Virus record (IMG/VR): IMGVR_UViG_3300035505_000652
From: an uncultured virus (IMG/VR IMGVR_UViG_3300035505_000652)
Taxonomy: Duplodnaviria > Heunggongvirae > Uroviricota > Caudoviricetes
Length of the DNA stretch: 64,000 nucleotides
Reading direction: 5' to 3' (one strand)
Of the stretch, positions 31,319 through 41,423 are shown piece after piece (the stretch's first letter is position 1; the number at the start of each line of letters is the position of its first letter). The position numbers and the translations under genes are program-made. Below the pieces are notes generated by a model. That model did not search any database and was not told the origin of the DNA. It was given only the letters and a program-made list of their open reading frames with translations.

Positions 31319-33318
31319 AAATTTGCATCTTGGTTTTCTTCACCCAAAGACATTTCATGGGTTTCCTTCCAATCATAAAACATATCCAAGCCTTTCTCAA
31401 AAGCTCCAATTCCGCTAAACAATGAAATGAGTTTCAAATCATCAAAAAGCTCTGGCATAGCCTTGTACAATTCCTTGTAAACCTCATAAAGAACATTTGT
31501 TACGATTGAGTTACCGGCTTGCTTGTAAGCTTGGGTTGTGCTTAATGAAACAGCATGTTTTACGCCTTGCTCGTCTTTTTCATATTTAAGCTTGAAGCCT
31601 TTCTCCAATAATTCTTTTTCCTCTTCTGGGGTGTAATATTTTGCCTTGGCAAAATCTTCATCAGAAAAGCCCATAAGTCTGAATGATTCCAATGGGGTAA
31701 GTTTTCTAATTGCAAACCATTGAGGGTCGAATATGTAATTATCCTTTTGAACTGTCGTCAATGTATTGCAGATGCCGTCTTTTCTTGGTGAAAGCTCCCT
31801 CATGTTGCCAATTTTCTCATCAATGAGACCAGCCTCATAATCTTTTCTTATTTTCTTCCCATACTCTGTTCTTTCATATTTCAAGGCACATGGCTCAAGG
31901 ATGTAATTGTCTTTTTGAACTGTTGTCAATGTATTTGTAGTGCCGTTTACATTGATTTCTATTCTTTGCTGGGTTGGAAGCCCTGCAGTCCTTGCACTTG
32001 GATTTTCTGGGTTTCTTCCCCTGCTTGCACAGCATATTGGAAGTTCAATAGCTTCAATAATATGCTTATCCCCGCAAGCATCTATTGTTCTTAATGTTCC
32101 ACACATGTTATCCCTATATAAAACCATGCCGTCAGTCCTTGTTTCACAGGCAATCATCGCACATGGATACATTGAAGTTGCATTTTCAGGAAGCTCCACT
32201 TCCTTTTCCTTCTCCTTCTTGGCATCCTCTATTGGGATAAATTCCATGATGGATTTATCAAATGTATCATTTTCTATATTAAGGAGTTTCTTTAAATCAA
32301 GCCAAATAGAAGCTCTTGGAATTACGAATGTTTCATCCCTCTTGAACCATTCACTTGCCTCTTCTTTGCTTACATTTAACTTCTCAGCTATTTCGCTTAT
32401 GGATAACTTGCTTTCCTCCCTTTTCATTGTAAGGAGTTCTTTTAAAGCACTTAAATTAACGCTGTATTTTCTAATGCCATCCTCCCCTACATCAACTTTG
32501 TTGACTTCATTTAAAGATGGAATATCCTTTAAAAGTTCAAGCATATTTTCATCCAATTGATGGATGTTCTCCTTGGTTTCATTATCAATAAGGCTTATAT
32601 TTCCAAGATTGTTTATGCTTTGGTATAATTTCTTCTTGACTGTTTCATCCAAGTTGTTTAAAAGTTGTGTAGTCTTTTCAGGCTTCAAATAATAGCTTTC
32701 ATCAACATTCTTCTGCAATAAATCCTTCAATCTTATACCATTGTCAAAAGGTTCTGGAAACTTGAATTTTCCATTGTCAATATCCTTCCTTATAGCTACA
32801 AGGATAATCCTTTCCCTATTTTGAGGGATGCCGTAATGTTTTGCATTCAATACTTGGTAATAGACATTGTATCCATAATCTTTAAGCTCTTCAACAAACA
32901 AATTAAAGGTAGCTTTAAATTCAGAACCAAGAAGGTTTTTAACATTTTCGTATACCGCAAACTTAGGCATCTTGTCATGCAAAACCCTTAAATATTCAAC
33001 AATCAATGAAGAACGTGTCTTTTCAAGGTTTGTTGAATGGCAATGCGGGCATTCGCTTCTTGTCTTGTAATTTGCAGTCAAAGGATTATATTGGTATCCG
33101 CAATCCTGACAAGTCCACATAGCTCCAGCCTTCTTGCCTGCAGAACTATAGTCCTGGCAAGGGCTTCCGCCTACCAGCATATCAAAATCTGGAAGCTCGC
33201 TTGTGTTGACTTTCATAATGTCTCCGAGGTTCAAATCTTCAGATACTCCATGAATCCTTGAATAGCTCTTGGATGCGGCATTATCAATTTCACAATAATT
33301 AATTAACTTATATGACAT
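31303..33318 (-). CDS. dcm: DNA (cytosine-5) methyltransferase, circularly permuted
   Basis: EID, GSPCQD, ENV, PQNRER, RKLTPLE, QAGNSI, then motif I LISLFSGIGAFE at the C-terminus. Confidence 0.92.
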   Translation of the reverse strand: MSYKLINYCEIDNAASKSYSRIHGVSEDLNLGDIMKVNTSELPDFDMLVGGSPCQDYSSAGKKAGAMWTCQDCGYQYNPLTANYKTRSECPHCHSTNLEKTRSSLIVEYLRVLHDKMPKFAVYENVKNLLGSEFKATFNLFVEELKDYGYNVYYQVLNAKHYGIPQNRERIILVAIRKDIDNGKFKFPEPFDNGIRLKDLLQKNVDESYYLKPEKTTQLLNNLDETVKKKLYQSINNLGNISLIDNETKENIHQLDENMLELLKDIPSLNEVNKVDVGEDGIRKYSVNLSALKELLTMKREESKLSISEIAEKLNVSKEEASEWFKRDETFVIPRASIWLDLKKLLNIENDTFDKSIMEFIPIEDAKKEKEKEVELPENATSMYPCAMIACETRTDGMVLYRDNMCGTLRTIDACGDKHIIEAIELPICCASRGRNPENPSARTAGLPTQQRIEINVNGTTNTLTTVQKDNYILEPCALKYERTEYGKKIRKDYEAGLIDEKIGNMRELSPRKDGICNTLTTVQKDNYIFDPQWFAIRKLTPLESFRLMGFSDEDFAKAKYYTPEEEKELLEKGFKLKYEKDEQGVKHAVSLSTTQAYKQAGNSIVTNVLYEVYKELYKAMPELFDDLKLISLFSGIGAFEKGLDMFYDWKETHEMSLGEENQDANFIREA

Positions 33319-33412
33319 ATTTTTTCTAACTCCTTATAAAATATATTTTTTAAAAATCTCTTATTATAATTATATGTTTAAAATATTTTTTTACGACAAA
33401 ATTTTGAAATAT

Positions 33413-34144
33413 TTAAAGTCCACAAATTCCACAACTATGGTCGGTACTTGAGAAGAATAATTTTAAATTATACCCACAAATTTTTTTGTAAAAACTTTTG
33501 GGTATAACCAAGTTGATTGGTTTTTCTGGCAAGAAGTTTGATTTTGTAATCGTAAAGGTATTGCCCTTGTTTTCAACCAATTCCTTTTTATCCAAGTCGA
33601 AATATACCCTTTCCATTTTGTTGGATTTATAGCCTTCCATCATGGTATTTTTAATGTCCATGAGGCATTCCTTGGTTAAGCCGACATCATTTAAGGATTG
33701 GACAAGCTTGGATTTGTCAACTACCATTATTTCTGCTTCTTTAATGTCAAGCCATTTTTTTAACAGTCTATTATTTCCTTTTTCTTCATAATCGCTTTTA
33801 AAAATCCACATAAAGAGGTAATGGGATGTTTTAAGGCCATCTTTGAGAAACCATCCTGTTTTAGGCTCTCCAAACTTCTCATAACCCAATTCAAGGCAGA
33901 ATGTATTGGTTGGATTGGTTATATACTTGTTCATTTGTGCCTTAACGTCATAAAATTCAGTATCTTTGTCTTTATTAAATAAATACATTGCAATGGCATC
34001 AATTCCTTGCATCTGCCTCTCTTCGTCCTTCACTATTTCAACAAACGCATTTTCATACATTTCTAAGAATGAGAAAAATGTATTCTTAAGAAATTCTATG
34101 ACTATTTCTTCTTGTTGCAAATCCCTTGAAAAATTTTCCTGCAT
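33413..34144 (-). CDS. putative PD-(D/E)XK nuclease-fold protein
   Basis: QMQGIDAI...FYDVKAQ motif; directly upstream of the MTase. Confidence 0.5.
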   Translation of the reverse strand: MQENFSRDLQQEEIVIEFLKNTFFSFLEMYENAFVEIVKDEERQMQGIDAIAMYLFNKDKDTEFYDVKAQMNKYITNPTNTFCLELGYEKFGEPKTGWFLKDGLKTSHYLFMWIFKSDYEEKGNNRLLKKWLDIKEAEIMVVDKSKLVQSLNDVGLTKECLMDIKNTMMEGYKSNKMERVYFDLDKKELVENKGNTFTITKSNFLPEKPINLVIPKSFYKKICGYNLKLFFSSTDHSCGICGL

Positions 34145-34291
34145 AAGCTTGTTTTGTCCTTTCCATAAAATTTTTATCTAGATAATTTTTTTTTGATTTT
34201 AAAATATTTTACCATAACAAAAAACTCTTTGTCAAGTGTTTTTGAAAAAAATAAAACCCATTTTTTTGGAGAAATGGGCTTTATTTGTATA

Positions 34292-35134
34292 TTAAACATC
34301 TTCATCAATGATTACAGTATCATTTATTAAATTTGCATTTTTGGGCTTTGGATACATCCATGTATGGGGTTTCTTTGGAACTTCGCTTGGGGTTTTCTTC
34401 TTTTTATCTACAACCAATTTGTTGGATTTGTCTTCATTGGATGCATCTTTTAAATTTTGATTGGAAGGGGCGACTTGGATTTCTTGTTTTCTTTGCTTGA
34501 CAAGTTCATTCAAATTGTTTGTAAGGATTTCCTCGATTTGGAATTCAAATCCTTTATAAAAGGCAATGCCTTCCTTCTGCAAAGCTGTCCTATTCCTAAA
34601 ACCTTCCCTTTCGTTTGCAAGCTCCTCATATTCCTTAAAAGATACTCCTTTGCTGATACTCATGCCCAATTCTCTTTTTAAATAATAGTTAAGGAGGACG
34701 TTTGTGTTGGAGTGTTTGCGGTAAATTAAATAGGAATATACATTATCTTTGTATAACGAAAACGCCCTTCCAGCAAACATTACAAAACCCTTCGTGTAGT
34801 ATTGGTGGAATATGTAGGAAAATTCTTGGGCTATGCATGCAGTTGCTTCCTGCGCATAGTTGTGTTTCAAAGTCTTGATATAGGCAGCGGAATCCAACAC
34901 TATTATATTGACTTCATCGGTCGCCATATATATTAAGAAATTTGCGGACATTCTTTTACAAGCCATTTTTAATGCATATGTAAAAGTGCCTTCGGAATCA
35001 TCCAATAAATTAATTTGTTTGTTGCCTGTGATGTGCCTTCCATCCAAGCGTACAACAAACGGTCTATTCCTATTCAATTTTATATTGTATTTGCTTTCAA
35101 TTTTGTGGAAAAATTCTATTCGGTTCAAGTCCAT
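34292..35134 (-). CDS. tRNA(His) guanylyltransferase Thg1-family protein
   Basis: VVRLDGR, YMATDEVNI, FAGRAF, YLIYR motifs. Confidence 0.8.
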   Translation of the reverse strand: MDLNRIEFFHKIESKYNIKLNRNRPFVVRLDGRHITGNKQINLLDDSEGTFTYALKMACKRMSANFLIYMATDEVNIIVLDSAAYIKTLKHNYAQEATACIAQEFSYIFHQYYTKGFVMFAGRAFSLYKDNVYSYLIYRKHSNTNVLLNYYLKRELGMSISKGVSFKEYEELANEREGFRNRTALQKEGIAFYKGFEFQIEEILTNNLNELVKQRKQEIQVAPSNQNLKDASNEDKSNKLVVDKKKKTPSEVPKKPHTWMYPKPKNANLINDTVIIDEDV

Positions 35135-35334
35135 TTTATTCCTCCTTTTTATAAAAATAGAATGCTAAAAAACTTTAACATCCTATTCAGTTTAATTATA
35201 TTTAATACGTACTTAGGTTGTTCCTACCATACAAGAAAAAAATTTTACCAAACAACTAATTCAAACCTTTGACGTATTAAATATACATTATTATATGCGT
35301 TTTAATTCCATATTATCATTAAATTAAAGTTTAT

Positions 35335-35382
35335 AAAACAAAAAGAAGCAGCAAGCCCATACGTCAAGCCACTCCTTCTTCA
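35335..35382 (-). ncRNA. conserved-loop hairpin RNA candidate, copy 2
   Basis: minus strand GGAGTGGC-TTGACGTATGGGCTT-GCTGCTTC then T tract. Confidence 0.45.
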
Positions 35383-35672
35383 AAAATATATAAAATATTT
35401 GTGGAACAAAAAGTCCCGTTCACAAAATTTGGAAAATTCTTTTTTAATTATTACTAGTATAGTATCCAAAAATTTCCAATATTCCTTTTTTTTGAATAAT
35501 TTATAATTTTTTTAACCATTTATTTTAAATTAATTATACAAAAATTTTATGGAAATGTCAATATCCTTTTTAAAAATAAAAAATAATCCATGCAAAAACA
35601 TGGATTATTTTTAGTATTTTGTTGAACAAGCCTTGACAATAAGCCATTGGACTCCAAATCTTTGTAAGATTT

Positions 35673-36017
35673 TTAAGTGGCAGGAGCTTGCTGCTTCTCC
35701 ATTAAATATTCTGCATACATTTTTTTAATTAGATATATGCTGTCTTCAGATAATTCAACAGCTTTTGTCTCTGCTTCACCATTGCAGTAGCCATGCTCTA
35801 CCCAAAACAGCCATTGGTTGTCTTCCTTGGTTGGGATATCAAACCCCAACAAGTCATATTCATTATCCCCAGTCGGGCATTCTGGCGTAGGAACAAATGG
35901 CTTTTCGCTTATATATCCTAACAAGAACGAACTTTCAATATATGGCTGAACCTTGATATTTTTTGCCAAACCTTTACTAGTCATTATATCCATATTATCT
36001 TCTCCTTTCAAATACAA
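35673..36017 (-). CDS. hypothetical protein
   Basis: last gene of a three-gene operon; start probably MDIMT. Confidence 0.7.
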   Translation of the reverse strand: MYLKGEDNMDIMTSKGLAKNIKVQPYIESSFLLGYISEKPFVPTPECPTGDNEYDLLGFDIPTKEDNQWLFWVEHGYCNGEAETKAVELSEDSIYLIKKMYAEYLMEKQQAPAT

Positions 36018-36019
36018 TC

Positions 36020-36841
36020 CTACATTGCAATGGGCATATCTTCAACTTCATCATCTTCTGGAGCTTCAATGGTATCCTTGATATAATCATCAAAAATCTC
36101 CTTCATTGAAGCATCATAAAGGTTTCCTATTGAAAAATCGCCTTGGTGGTCATATGAATAATCGCAGTCTGGAACAACTTCACCGTTTGAAGATACATAA
36201 ACCTCTTCAACAACCCTGTTTATAAACTGCCACTCGCCATCAACCTTTTCCCAATCGCCATCAATATACATTTGCGAAACTCTGGTAGGGACTTTTCCAA
36301 TACCATTCTCATTGGCTTTTCCTTCATCCCTGATATATTTTGCAAAGTCATCAGATTCCTCTTTATCTGTAGAATAATATGATAAACTTCTATATTTCAA
36401 GTAGTTCTCCATTGGAATTGGTTCATGATAGGCATCCCTTGACACGCAGACAGCTCCGCAAGCACAATAATCCTCCATGTTGAAATATCCCTTGGAATCA
36501 AGCATATTGTTGCCGAAATAATTGGCAGTCGTGTATTCCATCCATTCATTCATGACATCAATGTTTTCTTGCTTGAATTCCTTGCCGTTTGTAACAAGGT
36601 AAAATGAGCCTACAAAAATGCTCTTTTCCTTGACAACTTGCAAGATGTATTTGATAATGTCAAGATTTAAAAACGGTTCGCCTCCTGAAAAGGTAATAGT
36701 GCCGACTTCATCAACTCCTTCAAAAGTCTTATCAACTATCTCCCTTGTCATGTCTTGGTTCTCTGCATCCCCTCTTAAGCAATGCTTGCAAGCCATGTTG
36801 CACCTTCTTGTTACTTCCATTATTAAACTATCTATTCTCAT
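36020..36841 (-). CDS. radical SAM protein
   Basis: CNMACKHC, FSGGEP, VTNG, C-terminal GEVVPDC..IGN. Confidence 0.9.
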   Translation of the reverse strand: MRIDSLIMEVTRRCNMACKHCLRGDAENQDMTREIVDKTFEGVDEVGTITFSGGEPFLNLDIIKYILQVVKEKSIFVGSFYLVTNGKEFKQENIDVMNEWMEYTTANYFGNNMLDSKGYFNMEDYCACGAVCVSRDAYHEPIPMENYLKYRSLSYYSTDKEESDDFAKYIRDEGKANENGIGKVPTRVSQMYIDGDWEKVDGEWQFINRVVEEVYVSSNGEVVPDCDYSYDHQGDFSIGNLYDASMKEIFDDYIKDTIEAPEDDEVEDMPIAM

Positions 36842-37295
36842 TTCTATATTCCTCCTGTTTTATCATTTTTGGCAGGACTTCATACGCATATAAAGCCCCA
36901 TCATATCCTAAATCTGTTATGACGGCATTTGATGTCTCATAACTTTTTATTAAAAAGCTGCCCATGTTTTGACAATAATAATCCTTGACTGTATCAAGGC
37001 TTGCAAGCCAAAGACAACTTTTAAGCTCCATATTTAATTTTTTATTAATTTCGTTTACAAGCTTCCCCATAAACTCTTCCTTTTCATCTTCAAACATATC
37101 ATCCACATAGCCATTATCTTCAAGTTCTTGAACCATGGATAAACATTCATCCTTTAACTCGCCATCTTCAAGATAATGTGTTGAGACATATTCCAAGATG
37201 TCTGAATTGCCAAGCTCAAAGGTTTCATAAGCCATGACTTTAATCAAGTCAGTCACTCCATCCCCAAAAGCCTCCTCGCATCTATAGCCAATCAT
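36828..37295 (-). CDS. hypothetical acidic protein
   Basis: AAAGGAG RBS; overlaps the radical SAM start. Confidence 0.7.
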   Translation of the reverse strand: MIGYRCEEAFGDGVTDLIKVMAYETFELGNSDILEYVSTHYLEDGELKDECLSMVQELEDNGYVDDMFEDEKEEFMGKLVNEINKKLNMELKSCLWLASLDTVKDYYCQNMGSFLIKSYETSNAVITDLGYDGALYAYEVLPKMIKQEEYRNENR

Positions 37296-37409
37296 AAAGA
37301 TTGCTCCTTTCTTTTTATATGTATTTTTATACCTTATATTATATGTATAAAATGCTATTTTATAAAAAGTTTATCTAAATGTGAAGGATTTCCATGGCTT
37401 TAAATTGTA

Positions 37410-38220
37410 TTATAAATTCTCATTCATGAGAATTTATCCATTAATTAAAGTGTATTGGTTATTATTATACTCCATTAGGGAAAGATAAGGGGATAATGAA
37501 ATGAAGAAGATGTGAAAAACTAATCAACATTGCAGATTGTTTGGATTTCAAATATGCAGACATATATGATTGCCTTCAAAATATAACTTAAATCAAACTG
37601 GTAATTTTTATTTTCATATAATCCAAGGCATTATATCTTTGTATTCAAAATATTACTTAAATCAAGGTGGTAAATTTGATTTTTATACAATCCAAGATAT
37701 ACTTAAATAAAGAGTAGTAGCAAATGAAAAATTTAATAGTAGCGAATAGACAAGATGCCAAAATATGCATAAAATAAGGCTTTGTAAATTTAATACCCAA
37801 AAGCTACTATCTTGCAGACTTGGAGATGGTGTTTTGTTGCATTATTTAGCTTATTTTTAATAATTACCAGTCTTAAAGTACATTTCAAAGCTTGCCATGG
37901 TTTTCTTACCAATTTCATTTCCTGCTTTGAACAAAATCCAGCAATTTCCTCCCCAACTCTATATGGATTTCTATATATGTGTTTGTATTAAAAATATTGC
38001 TTAATCAAACTGGTAATTTTAAATTTTAGATAATCCATGACATATATATCTTGTATTCAAAATATAACTTAAATCAAGGTGGTAATTCTTATATTTCTTA
38101 ATTATCTCCAAATTAATAAAGAAAATATAGAAGGTAGGCTTTTTATATTGGATTTGGATTAAGGGATTTTTAGCTAAAGATTATTTTTATTTAAAGAAAT
38201 ATTCTCTACGAGAATATTAA
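37410..38220 (+). repeat. composite spacer: palindrome A, four family-B units, 260-bp element (37709-37970), palindrome C
   Basis: B cores at 37587, 37656, 38000, 38068. Confidence 0.85.
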
Positions 38221-38369
38221 AAGGAAAACCAACAATTTAAATGGGTTATCTCCAGACTAGACATGGATAAATTTGCATTAAAATACACCATACGCTTGAA
38301 AAATCATCTTGTTTATGATATAATTGTTATTATAAAAAGTATCTTTTGTTTAAAGAAAGGAAGTAAAAA

Positions 38370-38633
38370 ATGGAAAAAGTTCAGATGATAATTGATAGGG
38401 CAAGGCAAATTTACAAGTTTGTGCCTCCATATAATGACATAGTGAAGGAGTTTGCAACAATCAACATACAGGAAACCTCTAATGGACTGCATATTGGCAG
38501 GATTACCTTTGCTAACCATGACAAGATAATCATGACAAGCGGCGGCATCCAATACATTCCCAACCATGGGGATACAAAAGTGTTGATGGAATATAAGGAC
38601 TATGATGATTTCTTGGAAAAGACATCTTGTTAA
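38370..38633 (+). CDS. hypothetical protein
   Basis: GAAAGGA RBS, 87 aa. Confidence 0.7.
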   Translation: MEKVQMIIDRARQIYKFVPPYNDIVKEFATINIQETSNGLHIGRITFANHDKIIMTSGGIQYIPNHGDTKVLMEYKDYDDFLEKTSC

Positions 38634-38648
38634 AATTGGAGAAGGTTT

Positions 38649-39326
38649 ATGGGAAAGAGAGAAGAAACATTATTGATAGAACAAACCTTGGAACAGGATA
38701 CAAAGGAAAGAAGGATTTACGGCTGTGAGGAAATAACCATAGGGTTTTATAATCAAGGGCTTGGCAATGAAATAGTGGATTTCATGACAATGGACAGCAA
38801 AGGCATTATCAAATGTTATGAAATCAAAGTTACTCTGCCTGACTTGAAAAGCCATGCCAAGAAGTCATTTTATGGGCATTATAATTACTTGTGCTTGACA
38901 ATGGAGCTTTATGACAAAATTCATGAAAGCTTGCCTGATTATATTTCCAATGATATAGGGGTTCTTGTTTTAAGGGAGGATTCCAGAGGCAGACATTACT
39001 TGGAAAACAGACGCAAGGCAAGAAAGCATGATTTGGATAACAACACTCTTAATATGTTGAAGGAAAGCATGATAAGAAGTATTTATTTCAAAATGGTGAA
39101 GTATAAGAAGATGGCTGATTTGGATGAGCAGAAAGAATTGAAAAAGAAATTAAACAAAGCAGTAAAGGAAAGAAATGAATACAAGAATGACCTTCACACC
39201 CTTAATTTATTGATAGATGATTTTGAATATTACAAGGCTTATAATGACAATAATCCAAACTTCAAGTTTAAGGATTTGGTTGAGGATGAAAAGAAAAAAT
39301 GCTTGGATGGATTGGGGAAAAGTTGA
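38649..39326 (+). CDS. PD-(D/E)XK (MmcB-like) nuclease-fold protein
   Basis: EITIG..VDFMTMD..CYEIKVTLPD..FYGHYNY. Confidence 0.65.
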   Translation: MGKREETLLIEQTLEQDTKERRIYGCEEITIGFYNQGLGNEIVDFMTMDSKGIIKCYEIKVTLPDLKSHAKKSFYGHYNYLCLTMELYDKIHESLPDYISNDIGVLVLREDSRGRHYLENRRKARKHDLDNNTLNMLKESMIRSIYFKMVKYKKMADLDEQKELKKKLNKAVKERNEYKNDLHTLNLLIDDFEYYKAYNDNNPNFKFKDLVEDEKKKCLDGLGKS

Positions 39327-39431
39327 GGATAATCAGCCATGAAGCATCCAATCCATATTCAAATGGCTTAATTAAACTATTGGAAACAAAAAAGAAATCT
39401 TTTTAAAAGATTTCTTTTTGTGTATATAAAA

Positions 39432-40424
39432 CTATTGGCATATTAAATTGTTTGCATTGAAGCTTCCGTTTTTTTCAGTCACCAAGGTATATGAGGTACC
39501 CCTATGGGCTTTGATTTCATTTAACTGCCTTACCGGCTGCCACAACCTATTGTCTATACGGACAAAGTTTGCAGATTTGGGAACATTGTCCTTGAATTGG
39601 ATTCTAAATGATTGTTCCCCGTCGATAAATAAAGAATATCCTCCATAAGAATTAATATTCGCAACCATGATGCCGATTTGATAAATCAATTTATTGCAGG
39701 AATCCTTCAATATATAATATTCATCGGCAAACTTTCCCTTGTCTTCAGAAAAGCTCATTAAAAACGTATCCTGCATTTTGTCTGGAAGATAAAGCAAAGC
39801 CATTGGAATGATTGTTTCTTTATTCAATCTTGAAGTCATGCAAGCATTAAAAAAATATTCATCTTTAATCAAGCATTTCAAATACCCTTTTGATTTTGTA
39901 ATCGTGCAATCCAAATGCTTTGTTCTTTTTTCAACCTCTTCCAAGTATTTTTCCTTTATATTGATTGTTACAGTCTTGTTTTTAATTGATACGGAGTTCT
40001 TAATCATAAACTTTCCAATCAACCAGCAATCGTCATCATTTAGATTATATGTGTTCGTAGATTTATTCACTTTGCCCATCATGATAAAATCCTTTTTGGT
40101 TAAATCCTTTGCCTTTTTCCAAGTAGGCTCGCTAAATGCCCTTTCTGACAATTGGGATTGATTGTCCCATTTTCTTTTCATTTCTCTTACGTAGAAAAGT
40201 TGGTTTCCATGGACAAAGGTTGCAGGGCTTCCTTGGACTTGCAATCTGTAATGCCCAGCGATTTGTTTCTTGCCTATTTCAACAACCTTTTCAAATCTGT
40301 TGTTGGATGTAAGCACCATATCCCCCACTTTAATGGCTTCTATTGGCATGGGACCTTTGTCTGTCATCACCAAGGTTCCTCTCATGAAACCTTTTGTTTC
40401 CATCTTCAAACCACATCCTTTCAA
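39432..40424 (-). CDS. free-standing Hint/intein-like protein
   Basis: GFMRGTLVMTDKGPMPIEAIKVGDMVLT (block A) and YTLVTEKNGSFNANNLICQ (blocks F/G). Confidence 0.8.
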   Translation of the reverse strand: MKGCGLKMETKGFMRGTLVMTDKGPMPIEAIKVGDMVLTSNNRFEKVVEIGKKQIAGHYRLQVQGSPATFVHGNQLFYVREMKRKWDNQSQLSERAFSEPTWKKAKDLTKKDFIMMGKVNKSTNTYNLNDDDCWLIGKFMIKNSVSIKNKTVTINIKEKYLEEVEKRTKHLDCTITKSKGYLKCLIKDEYFFNACMTSRLNKETIIPMALLYLPDKMQDTFLMSFSEDKGKFADEYYILKDSCNKLIYQIGIMVANINSYGGYSLFIDGEQSFRIQFKDNVPKSANFVRIDNRLWQPVRQLNEIKAHRGTSYTLVTEKNGSFNANNLICQ

Positions 40425-40589
40425 ATTTCTTAAATTATTATTATTCTATTCCAAAACCTTTAAAAATATTTTATTTTTTTGCATTTGTTTTAATTTTTTT
40501 TAAGGCTTGGAGTTTATTTAATAATGTAAAGTTAAAGAATGGCATAAAATAATAGCAAAAAATTAATCTAGGATTTGGAGGCATTTATA

Positions 40590-41423
40590 ATGAAAATTAA
40601 ATTATTGATTTTTGCATTGATTGGATGTTTGATATTGGCTGGATGCCAAGCAACAAGCCAATCAACCTATTATAATGAGCAAATAATGGCAATGGTTGGA
40701 ATGGTGGTGGACTGCCTTGATAACAATGACGCGGATGGACTAATAGGATTGTTTGAAGAAATTGATATCGAATACCAAGATAACCTTATTGATTTCGTTA
40801 ATAGCTATTCCCATTCACAAAATACAATAGTGGATTGCGGCTCATATTTGAAAGAAAGCGAAAAGATTGAAGGCAGGAGCTGTGTCAAATACAGCGGAGT
40901 GTCTGCAATTGTCTCTACCAATGATGATATTTACACCCTATTCATTAAATTTAGATACAATAAGCAGGATGATGAATACACTTTATTGCAATTGAAAATC
41001 ATATCAGGCAAGTCAGAAGCTTATGAAAATTTCGATTTTTATAATGAAGATAATTATAATGACGATGATGTATTTTTGTTTGTTGATGACTATGATAGGG
41101 CTTTTGATGAATTGGAGGGATACCCAACCTACCAGACAATATTTGGATTGGTATTGGCTTCAAGGGGAAAGTCCAAGGCTTTGGATATTGATGAGGCTAA
41201 CGACTTGGTAAGTAAAAATTTGACCAAGGAAGGCTTGGTGGAGGAGATAGGAGAACCTTTGGCTTATGTCGAAAAAGTCTTAACCTATTATTACTATGTC
41301 AATGCAGATGACGAAAATACCTTTATTATGTTTAAAATAGGCAAGGATGGGAATGTGGCATCATGCAAGGAAGTCTCAGACAAGTACACCGGCTGGCTTA
41401 ATTTGGATTTTTGTGGAAAATAA
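40590..41423 (+). CDS. lipoprotein
   Basis: signal peptide with LAGC lipobox. Confidence 0.8.
   Translation: MKIKLLIFALIGCLILAGCQATSQSTYYNEQIMAMVGMVVDCLDNNDADGLIGLFEEIDIEYQDNLIDFVNSYSHSQNTIVDCGSYLKESEKIEGRSCVKYSGVSAIVSTNDDIYTLFIKFRYNKQDDEYTLLQLKIISGKSEAYENFDFYNEDNYNDDDVFLFVDDYDRAFDELEGYPTYQTIFGLVLASRGKSKALDIDEANDLVSKNLTKEGLVEEIGEPLAYVEKVLTYYYYVNADDENTFIMFKIGKDGNVASCKEVSDKYTGWLNLDFCGK

Noticed and set aside
31940..32560. Long antisense ORFs (here and at 1282, 5373, 39808, 48488, 51043, 61236)
   Set aside because: They lie opposite well-supported genes and show typical antisense composition
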